Shown here one piece after another: positions 8,794-17,381 of a stretch of 64,000 nt of DNA. Under the pieces are notes generated by a model. The model saw only the letters and a list, made by a program, of their open reading frames with translations. It was not told where the DNA came from and did not search any database. The position numbers and the translations under genes were made by a program. Source of the DNA: an uncultured virus (IMG/VR IMGVR_UViG_3300047094_001965) (Duplodnaviria > Heunggongvirae > Uroviricota > Caudoviricetes); IMG/VR virus record IMGVR_UViG_3300047094_001965. The stretch is one strand, 5' to 3'. The number at the start of each line of letters is the position of its first letter. Position 1 is the first letter of the stretch.

Positions 8794-8979
8794 ATGAGCA
8801 AGCAAATTAAACCAGGGCAGACATGGTACCATAAAACCGCACACTTTGCCGTAAAGGTTGAAGCTGCCAATAAAAGAGAAGTATTGATTATGGATAAAGG
8901 ACTAAGCCACGCAGCTACAAAGGGCTGGCAGTTTATCGACCGTAAAGAATTTAAGAAGTATTACGAGCCGAACCAGTAA
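8794..8979 (+). CDS. small hypothetical protein
   Basis: MSKQIKPGQTWYHK...FKKYYEP, SH3-like pattern. Confidence 0.7.
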   Translation: MSKQIKPGQTWYHKTAHFAVKVEAANKREVLIMDKGLSHAATKGWQFIDRKEFKKYYEPNQ

Positions 8980-9041
8980 CACCCATTTAGCCACCTAAGC
9001 CAATTTAACTTAAATTAGTCAACTCAACAAAATTACAATTT

Positions 9042-9344
9042 ATGAAATGTCAAATCCAGGGCACAGCCCCCACAGTTTACCAGTTATCCAGTATTTCGCG
9101 TTTCGGAATACCCGTACAGAAAATGCCAGGCGGGGCCTTCCATTGCTGCAAAAGCTTTGAAACAAAGCGCGAAGCCATAGAACACATGTACAGCGCGGCA
9201 GATCGCTATTTTGAAGATGCCAAAGAACTCATGGAAGCCAGGCACGACATAAAGCACACCGGACTTTTAAAGATAGACGCAGCGCATTGTATTATCATAA
9301 CCAACCCGGACGACTTTCAGCCAGAAACGGTAAACAATTATTGA
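9042..9344 (+). CDS. hypothetical early protein
   Basis: co-oriented ORF with A-rich leader. Confidence 0.7.
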   Translation: MKCQIQGTAPTVYQLSSISRFGIPVQKMPGGAFHCCKSFETKREAIEHMYSAADRYFEDAKELMEARHDIKHTGLLKIDAAHCIIITNPDDFQPETVNNY

Positions 9345-9383
9345 TAATAGTTATATCTTTTTGTACAATTATTAACTAAATTT

Positions 9384-9415
9384 ATTGCCTATGTAATAAT
9401 ATTTACCTATTTTTA
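9384..9415 (+). promoter_or_regulatory. probable variant Bacteroidota promoter
   Basis: ATTG, 20 nt, TATTTTTA in an AT-rich gap just before pseudoknot copy 5. Confidence 0.45.
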
Positions 9416-9424
9416 TACAATCAA

Positions 9425-9448
9425 AAGGATGCCCAACCGTAAAAGGGT
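9425..9448 (+). ncRNA. leader pseudoknot, copy 5 (degenerate)
   Basis: AaGG-at-GCCC-aa-CCgT-aaaa-GGGT, 10 nt before ATG 9459. Confidence 0.7.
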
Positions 9449-9458
9449 AATACCAGTT

Positions 9459-10100
9459 ATGAACACATACAGAAAGTACATCCCCAATGTTTTTTTGGCC
9501 GAGTGCACAGAAAAGCACGAGAAAGGCGAGATCATTACAATGTCCACCAAATACGGACAGGAACACGAAGCCGAAGTACATAACCTCATTTTTGAGAAAA
9601 ACGGTATGTTTTACTATTCCGTTACCAGGGCAGACGGGACCAATACCCAGACATGGGCCCAGAAACGAGCGGAGAAGCTACAGGGATACGCAGGGAACGC
9701 GGAAAAGAGAGCCGACCAATACTATACAGCCAGCAACAAGGACAGCGAATTTTTAAGGCTGGGAGAGCCTATAAAGGTAGGCCACCACAGCGAACGCCGC
9801 CACCGTAAAATTGTAGAACAGGCCTGGAACAATACAGGTAAGATGGTAGGCGAAATGGAAAAGGCAGCAGAATACCAGAGCCGCGCGGCATACTGGGAAA
9901 GCAGGGCTAAGGATATCAATTTGTCCATGCCCGACAGTTTGGAGTATTACCAACACAAAATGGAAGAAGCTACCAGGTACCATGCAAGGATGAAAGCCGG
10001 AGAGATCCCGCAGGAGCATAGCTATTCCCTTACATATGCAAGGAAAGCAGTGAAGGAGCTGGAAGAAAAAGTAAAGTACGCTAAAAAGTTGTGGTCATGA
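9459..10100 (+). CDS. DUF3560-like protein
   Basis: LGEPIKVGHHSERRHRK signature; start reassigned to 9459 by leader motif spacing. Confidence 0.85.
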   Translation: MNTYRKYIPNVFLAECTEKHEKGEIITMSTKYGQEHEAEVHNLIFEKNGMFYYSVTRADGTNTQTWAQKRAEKLQGYAGNAEKRADQYYTASNKDSEFLRLGEPIKVGHHSERRHRKIVEQAWNNTGKMVGEMEKAAEYQSRAAYWESRAKDINLSMPDSLEYYQHKMEEATRYHARMKAGEIPQEHSYSLTYARKAVKELEEKVKYAKKLWS

Positions 10101-10510
10101 GCAAAACATTCAGAGTAACCAGGCAGGTTATTTACAGTCAAGAACTGGAAATCCAAGCTGAAACCGAAGATCAGGCCATTGAATTAGCAAAAACAACGTC
10201 TTACTCCACAGAGGATAAAACCTTTTTGGACACAGACTATTATGAGGCCGAAGAAATAGAAAAGGAGCCAGAAACCACCCCAGCCCCCAGCGATACCGTA
10301 AGATGCACAAATTGCAATTTTATAGGTGCGGAGAGTGAACTTGCATTTATTACGGCAGACGAGCAAGAGGATAAAGAACTAATCCTAAACTATGAAATAA
10401 CGGGCAAAGGGGTTACACATTGTAACCAGCAACCACAGGGCGCTAATGTTGTCCACTTCAACGGCTGCCCCAATTGTTTAACCGATGCCTATTTAATGGA
10501 CATTAAATAA
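10097..10510 (+). CDS. hypothetical protein with Zn ribbon
   Basis: IQAETEDQAIELA domain plus CTNC/CPNC. Confidence 0.75.
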   Translation: MSKTFRVTRQVIYSQELEIQAETEDQAIELAKTTSYSTEDKTFLDTDYYEAEEIEKEPETTPAPSDTVRCTNCNFIGAESELAFITADEQEDKELILNYEITGKGVTHCNQQPQGANVVHFNGCPNCLTDAYLMDIK

Positions 10511-10517
10511 CCCACCC

Positions 10518-10718
10518 ATGAGCTGCCAAAAAGTATATACCCTATTCGTATCGGAACACGGCCTCCCCACCATCGTAAGCCAATATAGCCTGGAATACCC
10601 TGATTTTATACAATGTGGAGCCTATAAGGTAGAAATGGAAGGCACATATAGGGAATGCCAAGATAGACACGATGAGATCCTTGAAACATTTATTCACGAC
10701 ACTATAAACGCTGAATGA
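10518..10718 (+). CDS. hypothetical protein
   Basis: operon ORF. Confidence 0.65.
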   Translation: MSCQKVYTLFVSEHGLPTIVSQYSLEYPDFIQCGAYKVEMEGTYRECQDRHDEILETFIHDTINAE

Positions 10719-10975
10719 CCATGGCTAAAACATTCTACCGCAGCAGCCTGCCGGAAGTGATCCGGTACAATAAAGGGGTGTATCTAAAAAATTCAGAATT
10801 AACCGAGGAAATGAGAAAACACCCCACCCTATTAGGGTTAAGGCCTGGATCACGTCCTTATGTGATCGTTTACGTCCTCAATCGTAGGTTGAGAGGGAAA
10901 ATAGACTTCCACGGGAAACCATACGAGCCAACCATGCACATATACAGCAAACAAAAGGAGGCCGCCAATGGGTAG
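10715..10975 (+). CDS. hypothetical protein
   Basis: ATGA overlap. Confidence 0.65.
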   Translation: MTMAKTFYRSSLPEVIRYNKGVYLKNSELTEEMRKHPTLLGLRPGSRPYVIVYVLNRRLRGKIDFHGKPYEPTMHIYSKQKEAANG

Positions 10976-11204
10976 ATACACCAAAGCAATGCATGAACAG
11001 CACCTCAACCAGTATTACAGCACAAAATACCAGGCTGGCCCCCTTAGTGAGATATGGAAGGAATTAGGGCGTAATACAACCCCTAAGGACCTTAGAACAG
11101 CATGGAGGCGAAACAGGTTAGGCCGGCTGATCAGGAGAACAAACCCGCAAGGGTTCAACAAATCTTACTTAACCCAAGATTTAAGGGAGGTAACCAATGG
11201 ATAA
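10968..11204 (+). CDS. hypothetical protein, paralog of 11197-11421
   Basis: MGRYTKAMHEQHLN versus MDKYTKKMHEEHLN. Confidence 0.75.
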   Translation: MGRYTKAMHEQHLNQYYSTKYQAGPLSEIWKELGRNTTPKDLRTAWRRNRLGRLIRRTNPQGFNKSYLTQDLREVTNG

Positions 11205-11421
11205 GTACACAAAAAAAATGCACGAAGAACATTTGAATAACTGGTATGCCGATTATTACGATGGACGCTTTGATAAACTGTACGAGGACTTTTCTTATTG
11301 CATGGGAAGAAGGGGATTATGGAAAGCATACCAAAACAGAGAAATAGGTACAGTTCTGAGGAATTACGACTATGAAACCTTCAACAAAACATATCAATCA
11401 AAATTGAAGGCACATGGATAG
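11197..11421 (+). CDS. hypothetical protein, paralog of 10968-11204
   Basis: shared N-terminus and FNK(S/T)Y motif. Confidence 0.75.
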   Translation: MDKYTKKMHEEHLNNWYADYYDGRFDKLYEDFSYCMGRRGLWKAYQNREIGTVLRNYDYETFNKTYQSKLKAHG

Positions 11422-11632
11422 AATACTCGTTAAGCCCCTGAACTCTAAAACCGCGTTCCATTACTTTGAGCCCGGCCACGAACACAACAACATGAAACGT
11501 GTGGACCGGATACGCAAGGAACTGGAAATGGCTAAAAGGCAGAAGAACGCTATCATCTACCTGCAGAGAGGACGCAAGGCAGTAGAGATAGCCAGGAATG
11601 TATCGTTAACTCAAAAAACTATGTTCAAATAA
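11414..11632 (+). CDS. hypothetical basic protein
   Basis: 8-nt overlap with the upstream gene. Confidence 0.65.
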   Translation: MDRILVKPLNSKTAFHYFEPGHEHNNMKRVDRIRKELEMAKRQKNAIIYLQRGRKAVEIARNVSLTQKTMFK

Positions 11633-11682
11633 CCCGTTCTTATATCCAACGTCCTTTTGGCACCTTTGATACCACTTACCCA

Positions 11683-11708
11683 GGGGAGTAGAAATACTCC
11701 CCACTTTT
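11683..11708 (+). terminator. GAAA-capped hairpin, possible terminator
   Basis: GGGGAGTA-gaaa-TACTCCCC-acTTTT. Confidence 0.55.
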
Positions 11709-11823
11709 GGCCCAAAAAAAATACCCCCGGCAACCACAGCCGAGGGCAAACCCTGAGAAATGAAAAACCACGTATGAAACACAAAGTTACATTTTATAAC
11801 CACTGAATAAAACAGTTTTATTT

Positions 11824-12564
11824 ATGACTACCGAGATCCTGAAAGAATGCACAGTAAAAGGGAATGCCGTAATGTTACCCGCCAGGCAATTAGACCGGAA
11901 AATCTACCAAGACGTTGCCAGTAAGCTGGAAGGCATTGGCGGCAAATGGAACAGAAAAGCCGGAGGTTTTATGTTTGACGAAAATCCTGCTGAACTTTTG
12001 GCAATAATCCAGACCGGCCAAACTTTGGACCTAAAAAAGGAATTCCAGTTTTTCCCCACCCCTCCCGATCTGGCATTGTGGGCAATGGGTATGCTGGCCT
12101 GCCAGGTAAGCGGTGAAGATACTATTCTGGAACCGAGCGCGGGACGTGGAGCCCTGATCAAGGCGTTCCGGCAGGTCCACAGTGTACATAATCCCATAGA
12201 TGCATACGAACTTATGCCGATCAATCAAAAGTTCCTGGAACAGATCCCCAATGTAAATGTGATCGGGGATGACTTCACCCAAGCTACAGGGATCGAGGGC
12301 AAATACGACCTGATTCTGGCCAATCCCCCGTTTACCGGAGGCCAAGACGTGGAGCACATTGAGAAAATGTATGCTGCCCTGAAAGAAGGTGGCACCATCC
12401 TCACCTTCTGTTCTACATCGTGGAGACATAACAGCCAGAAGCGATACGAGCGCTTTAGGGACCTTATCGACCAATGGAACGCAGAAACATACTTAGTTCC
12501 CAAAGGTGCCTTTAAATCGTCCGGGACCATGGTAGAAACCACTTTATTCATCATCGAAAAATAA
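11824..12564 (+). CDS. N6-adenine DNA methyltransferase (gamma-type)
   Basis: QFFPTP, ILEPSAGRG (motif I), ANPPF (motif IV). Confidence 0.9.
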   Translation: MTTEILKECTVKGNAVMLPARQLDRKIYQDVASKLEGIGGKWNRKAGGFMFDENPAELLAIIQTGQTLDLKKEFQFFPTPPDLALWAMGMLACQVSGEDTILEPSAGRGALIKAFRQVHSVHNPIDAYELMPINQKFLEQIPNVNVIGDDFTQATGIEGKYDLILANPPFTGGQDVEHIEKMYAALKEGGTILTFCSTSWRHNSQKRYERFRDLIDQWNAETYLVPKGAFKSSGTMVETTLFIIEK

Positions 12565-12572
12565 ACCAACAC

Positions 12573-13001
12573 ATGAAAAAGACAGCCCTGTTAATTATCG
12601 CCGTCATGGCCTGCCTACTTTCGTTAGGCCAACAAAAAGAAACCAGCCTCAAAGCCAAGGAGAAGCGAACCCTTCGCTATGTATCGGAGACGCTATTCCC
12701 CGGAGACTGGGAGAAATCGACCGCACGGATCTCGTTTACCGGCAGCAAAGTTGTGATAACAGAGGACGGCAGATATACCAGCTATGCCGTAGGGGAAGAA
12801 TTTAAACGGGATCCGGATGAAGATGGAGAGATTGAAACCACCGCTTGGTATATCCTGGATGATAAGGATAAAATAGGCCTGTTTTCCATCATGAGGAAAG
12901 AAAGTACCGGCGATATCTGGGTTACCATCCTATTCGGTAGCAAGGGGATCACATACAGTTTGACCAGTAAAAAGGTAGAGGAACTTAAAAATAGGCCATG
13001 A
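12573..13001 (+). CDS. secreted/periplasmic hypothetical protein
   Basis: Sec signal MKKTALLIIAVMACLLSLG-Q. Confidence 0.75.
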   Translation: MKKTALLIIAVMACLLSLGQQKETSLKAKEKRTLRYVSETLFPGDWEKSTARISFTGSKVVITEDGRYTSYAVGEEFKRDPDEDGEIETTAWYILDDKDKIGLFSIMRKESTGDIWVTILFGSKGITYSLTSKKVEELKNRP

Positions 13002-13096
13002 AACACAACATCAACAGGGCCTTAAGGCTGGCCCTTATATTCATAGCCTTGATTGTATTGGTAATGATCCTGTTTCCAAGCTGTATAAAAACATGA
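12998..13096 (+). CDS. 32-aa membrane peptide (not in ORF track)
   Basis: MKHNINRALRLALIFIALIVLVMILFPSCIKT; ATGA overlaps at both ends. Confidence 0.6.
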   Translation: MKHNINRALRLALIFIALIVLVMILFPSCIKT

Positions 13097-13350
13097 AAAC
13101 CCGGCTTCCATCCCACAAAGTGATCATTAAGCCGCCTTATCCCCGCGATCCAGGCCTTATAGCTATAAACGCAGGAGATAACCGCATAGAGGTATGGACC
13201 TGCTCCCAAGACGGCAGGAGATACCAACAGGTAGCTGCATTCGATAACGCCCTGGTGCAGCTGTCCGGAGATCCAGCCATTGGGAAACTGGTGCTCGATA
13301 ACTACGTGAAGATGATAACGCTAAGGGCAGATAGGGTAAGCTGGTGCTAA
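13093..13350 (+). CDS. hypothetical protein
   Basis: ATGA overlap. Confidence 0.6.
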   Translation: MKTRLPSHKVIIKPPYPRDPGLIAINAGDNRIEVWTCSQDGRRYQQVAAFDNALVQLSGDPAIGKLVLDNYVKMITLRADRVSWC

Positions 13351-13445
13351 AAAACAATTTATTCAATAGTACCTTAGCTACATTATGTAACCAAACAACC
13401 CCCGCAGGAGGGTACCTATAGGGCCCTCCTTTTAAAACCACAACC

Positions 13446-13886
13446 ATGTCAAGAAAAAAATCCGATATAGACCAGTTCAACATTAAAGAGATCCCGTGCA
13501 GCTATTGCGGGAAGGACCGGCCAGTAGATCAATTCTACTTAAACAAGCTGGGATCATACGCGCCGTGGTGCCGCAAATGCTACAACGTGTACCAGAACTT
13601 CAACAAGAAACTGGATCCCCATCGTAGAAAGATGGACCGCTATAGAGTAGACATATGCAAGTCCAGGGCCGCTATTGTTCACCACCTGAAAAAAATCAAA
13701 CACCTTGAAAACTTGCTTGAAAGAGGGATGCAACAACAGAGTGTGGGGAAAAGGTTATTGCCAGTCCCATCAATACCTGAGGCCAGACTACAAACGGCCA
13801 CAGAGGAAACCATTCAGCGACAAGAGGACGGAGATCAACAAGGAGTATTATGCGCAGAGCAGGGAATTTATCAAAGAGCATCCTAA
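13446..13886 (+). CDS. Zn-finger protein
   Basis: CSYCGKDRPVDQFY...WCRKC; 3' end overlaps the next gene. Confidence 0.65.
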   Translation: MSRKKSDIDQFNIKEIPCSYCGKDRPVDQFYLNKLGSYAPWCRKCYNVYQNFNKKLDPHRRKMDRYRVDICKSRAAIVHHLKKIKHLENLLERGMQQQSVGKRLLPVPSIPEARLQTATEETIQRQEDGDQQGVLCAEQGIYQRAS

Positions 13887-14085
13887 TTGTGTGGTAACTG
13901 CACCAGGATGTGCCGGAAAGTCAAAAGACGTGCATCATTTAAGGGGCCGCGGCAGGTTCCTTCTGGATAAAAGCACATGGCTGGCAGTGTGCAGGAATTG
14001 CCATGAAAAAATAGAAAGAGACGATAAGTGGGCAAGAGAAAATGGGTACAAAAAAAGCAAACATATAGGCAATGGCAAAACTTAA
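13705..14085 (+). CDS. HNH-family protein
   Basis: C..EGC...GYCQSH; NCVV...DVHHLRGRG...WLAVCRNCH; TTG start. Confidence 0.75.
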   Translation: MKTCLKEGCNNRVWGKGYCQSHQYLRPDYKRPQRKPFSDKRTEINKEYYAQSREFIKEHPNCVVTAPGCAGKSKDVHHLRGRGRFLLDKSTWLAVCRNCHEKIERDDKWARENGYKKSKHIGNGKT

Positions 14086-14896
14086 CGACCTAACAGGTAA
14101 AAAATTCGGATTCCTTACGGTGATAAGCCTTCACTCCACCGGGACAAGAACCTTCTGGAATGTAGTGTGCGATTGCGGCACAATGAAGAAAATAGAAGCC
14201 TATACATTGCACAAAGGCAGAACGCTTTCTTGTGGATGCAAAAAAAGGGAGCTAACAACAAAAAAAATAAGAAAGCAGATTGAGATTGGATCTGTTTTCG
14301 GGAAATTAAAGATTATTTCCGAAACAGATATAAAGTATTTACCCTCAGGACAATCCAATAGAACCTTTGTAGTGAAATGCGAATGCGGGACGGTAAAAGA
14401 GGTCAGGCTGGTTCATCTACTGCATCATAAAACTAAATCTTGTGGCTGCGATCAAGGAGAACATCATCGGATGTCAAAAACTAAGTTATACAGAGTTTGG
14501 AGACAGATGAATGAAAGATGCCACAAGAGCTACGCCAAAGAATCCAATAAGCGAAGTTACCAACAAAGAGGTATTACAGTATGCGATGCATGGAGAAATA
14601 GTTTTATAGCTTTTTCAAAATGGGCTTTTGAAAATGGATATCAAGAGGGATTGGAGATAGATAGGGCAGATAATGACAAGGGTTATTTGCCAGAAAATTG
14701 TCGATGGGTAACAAGATTGGTGAATGTGAATAATCGCCGCGATACCGTTATGGTAGTCACCAAAGAAGGTAGGATTGCACTTACAGACTATTTAAGGCTC
14801 AAAAAAATAAATGAATCGTACTGGTGTTCAATTCGCCACAAGGTACATAGGGGCCATGATGTCGAAAAGGTAGTTGAAAAATACATCAATTCTTAA
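14072..14896 (+). CDS. HNH homing endonuclease-like protein with two Cys-rich modules
   Basis: DLTGKKFG...CDCG...SCGC x2; YQQRGITVCDAW, EIDRADNDKGYLPENCRW. Confidence 0.85.
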   Translation: MAKLNDLTGKKFGFLTVISLHSTGTRTFWNVVCDCGTMKKIEAYTLHKGRTLSCGCKKRELTTKKIRKQIEIGSVFGKLKIISETDIKYLPSGQSNRTFVVKCECGTVKEVRLVHLLHHKTKSCGCDQGEHHRMSKTKLYRVWRQMNERCHKSYAKESNKRSYQQRGITVCDAWRNSFIAFSKWAFENGYQEGLEIDRADNDKGYLPENCRWVTRLVNVNNRRDTVMVVTKEGRIALTDYLRLKKINESYWCSIRHKVHRGHDVEKVVEKYINS

Positions 14897-14906
14897 AGAC
14901 TAACCA

Positions 14907-15941
14907 ATGATCAACTACATACACCAAGGTCAGGTAATCGAAGGCCTGCAGCAATTTCCGGATAAGTTCTTCCATACCTGCGTAACCAGTCCGCCATACT
15001 ATGGCCTGAGGGATTACGGAGTCGATGGGCAAATAGGGCTGGAACAAACCCCTGAGGAATTTATACAGAAACTGGTGGAGGTGTTTAGGGTGGTAAGGGA
15101 CAAGCTCAGGGATGATGGAACCGTCTGGCTTAATATCGGAGATTCATATGCGGCCGGAAAAACCGGTAGGGCAGATCAACAAGATTTTTATTTCAGGAAC
15201 CACGGGTATAGAAGCAAATGCCTGGATACGGAAAAGACGAGAAAGGTACCGGCAGGCCTCAAACCCAAAGACCTTATAGGCATACCCTGGATGCTGGCCT
15301 TCGCATTGAGAGCAGACGGCTGGTATCTCCGCCAGGATATTATCTGGAATAAGCCTAACCCTATGCCGGAATCAGTAACAGACAGGTGCACAAAAGCCCA
15401 CGAGTACATTTTCTTGTTGTCCAAATCGAAGCAATACTACTACGATCATGAATCTATAAAACAAGAGATAACAGAGGGAACGGTTTTGCGCTATGTAAAT
15501 CAAGACACAGAATCGCAAAAAGGTTCTGATCGGGTACCTGGCAAAACCAATGGCCCAATGAAAGCCGTTTTATCAAAATCTGGAAACAAACAACGCAAAC
15601 CCGCCAGCGAAAGAGGTGTGCCGGAAGGTACTGGTAAAAACCAAGCTGGATCCGTTCCATGGGAAGGGTTGAAGGCGAATAAGCGATCTGTATGGACGGT
15701 GGCCACCCAACCCTACAAAGAAGCACACTTTGCCACATTCCCTGAGAAATTGATTATCGACTGTATCAAGGCTGGATCACCGGCAGGGGGAAATGTACTC
15801 GATCCATTTATGGGTGCCGGTACCACAGCTGTAGTGGCTAAAGCCCTTGGAAGAAATTACGGAGGATGTGAATTGAATCCAGAGTATATGAAGATCATCG
15901 ACAAGAGACTAAGACAAGAATTTGGAATGTTTCACCAATAA
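14907..15941 (+). CDS. beta-class N4C/N6A DNA methyltransferase
   Basis: TSPPY, IIWNKPNPMPES, HFATFP, VLDPFMGAGTT. Confidence 0.95.
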   Translation: MINYIHQGQVIEGLQQFPDKFFHTCVTSPPYYGLRDYGVDGQIGLEQTPEEFIQKLVEVFRVVRDKLRDDGTVWLNIGDSYAAGKTGRADQQDFYFRNHGYRSKCLDTEKTRKVPAGLKPKDLIGIPWMLAFALRADGWYLRQDIIWNKPNPMPESVTDRCTKAHEYIFLLSKSKQYYYDHESIKQEITEGTVLRYVNQDTESQKGSDRVPGKTNGPMKAVLSKSGNKQRKPASERGVPEGTGKNQAGSVPWEGLKANKRSVWTVATQPYKEAHFATFPEKLIIDCIKAGSPAGGNVLDPFMGAGTTAVVAKALGRNYGGCELNPEYMKIIDKRLRQEFGMFHQ

Positions 15942-15949
15942 AGTAATTC

Positions 15950-16345
15950 ATGACAGACGAAAACCTAATCCCAGCCCCCGTACACATCATCGATCCCGAG
16001 ACGGGAAAGAAAACCCGTAGGTTCCTGCCTATCTGGCCAGTGGTGGACTTCTCTACCAGCCCGTCAGGCAATAGCCTGGTGATGTTTGGTAAGACATACG
16101 CGACAAAGTTCTACGCCGGTAAATGGTGGTTGATCCCCATTAGAGAGTATATAGAAACCAAGGCGCCAACCGTAGGTAATTTAAAAAGGGACGAAGCCCA
16201 TATGCAAATGGTGCTCAGAAGTAAGATGAAGTTCACCCATAGTTTGCTAATGGAGAAATACAAGCCCAGCATAGACCATAAGAACATGATGGGAGAGTCA
16301 ACCGATCTATTGTTTGAAGGAGTAAACTGGAAAATTAAGGTATGA
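15950..16345 (+). CDS. hypothetical protein
   Basis: operon ORF. Confidence 0.7.
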   Translation: MTDENLIPAPVHIIDPETGKKTRRFLPIWPVVDFSTSPSGNSLVMFGKTYATKFYAGKWWLIPIREYIETKAPTVGNLKRDEAHMQMVLRSKMKFTHSLLMEKYKPSIDHKNMMGESTDLLFEGVNWKIKV

Positions 16346-16656
16346 GCAGTGCAACCGTACAGGAGATCATCTTCCGCGTCCGCGTATCTTCGCGCCAGAA
16401 CGCCTACCCTACCCTGTTTCCGGGTGATAAGGCTGTACTGGTCCGCGCCAAGAGGATAAGCAAGATAGGACGCCGGAAATATGTCTATATGACCGCTATA
16501 GTCCACCCTATGACAAACAAACCCGTACTGGTGCCCACACACACTTGGGCCTACCTGCAATGGAATGGTAAAGAGTGGATCGATCCGCCAGGGCTGGGAT
16601 CCATAATGTGGGGAGACGACCACAATCCGGATATCTGGAATAAACACGATAAATAA
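16342..16656 (+). CDS. hypothetical protein
   Basis: ATGA overlap. Confidence 0.7.
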   Translation: MSSATVQEIIFRVRVSSRQNAYPTLFPGDKAVLVRAKRISKIGRRKYVYMTAIVHPMTNKPVLVPTHTWAYLQWNGKEWIDPPGLGSIMWGDDHNPDIWNKHDK

Positions 16657-16668
16657 CTAATTTTACAA

Positions 16669-17016
16669 ATGACCACACCACGTTTCTTCTTCTGCCAGAA
16701 CCCTGAGACATATCCTGATCAGGAACTTATCCTCTGTACCGAGGCCCCATATGCTGTAGCCAGGGTAATGCGATTCAAAAACGACTGGAAAGCCATGGAG
16801 TTTGAAGAAAAGCAGCAATACCCTTTGATGATCAAGATGGCTGAGTATAACATTTACTTCTGCCTGATGGGTAGCATTAAAGGATCTCGGTTATCTGTAG
16901 ATTCCAACTGGGAGGAAAAATACTTGGCCCTGCTTAATGAAATGATGGCGTTCTACCAGAAGAATAAGATCAAGGAGAACCCTTACCAGTTTAACAAATA
17001 CAAAATCAAGTTCTGA
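16669..17016 (+). CDS. hypothetical protein
   Basis: PRFFFCQNP...LILCTEAP; last + gene before the convergence point. Confidence 0.7.
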   Translation: MTTPRFFFCQNPETYPDQELILCTEAPYAVARVMRFKNDWKAMEFEEKQQYPLMIKMAEYNIYFCLMGSIKGSRLSVDSNWEEKYLALLNEMMAFYQKNKIKENPYQFNKYKIKF

Positions 17017-17019
17017 TTA

Positions 17020-17235
17020 ATACAAGGGCTTTATCCCAGGATAACCCCGAATATGATCCGGCATAAGCTACTGGGCCGGACCTGTGCACCATAACACCTT
17101 CCTGGCCTATCCCATGGCCGTATTGACCCCAATTATCACCTTTCGGTATCCTGGTCGCGGGTTTGGCCCTACAAGAGCCCGCACTTTATCGGGGTAACGA
17201 TGTCGGTACCCCCTGTTTATTTCAGCTACGTGGGT
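17020..17235 (-). ncRNA. candidate multi-stem structured RNA
   Basis: ORF-free and GC-richer; at least 6 stems including ACC-GAAA-GGT on the minus strand; long-range CCAGGATA/TATCCTGG. Confidence 0.55.
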
Positions 17236-17256
17236 AAAAGAGGATGTAAAAACCAT

Positions 17257-17339
17257 AAAAAACGATAGCTGACCATCTACGCCCTTCCTGCCCTGGTAAA
17301 CCGGCAGTCCCCTTTCGGAGATCGTAGATGGTCAGCTAT
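17257..17339 (-). ncRNA. C4/CI-like three-way-junction RNA followed by a U-tract
   Basis: perfect 17-bp stem 17265-81/17323-39 enclosing CTCC-GAAA-GGGG and CTGCC-ggTTTACCAG-GGCAG. Confidence 0.65.
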
Positions 17340-17381
17340 TATTTTACAGTCCTTTTTGTTTTACCAGAACTAAAAGGTTAC

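Noticed and set aside
9429..9458. Upstream ATG for the DUF3560-like gene
   Set aside because: That ATG lies within the conserved pseudoknot; spacing favours 9459
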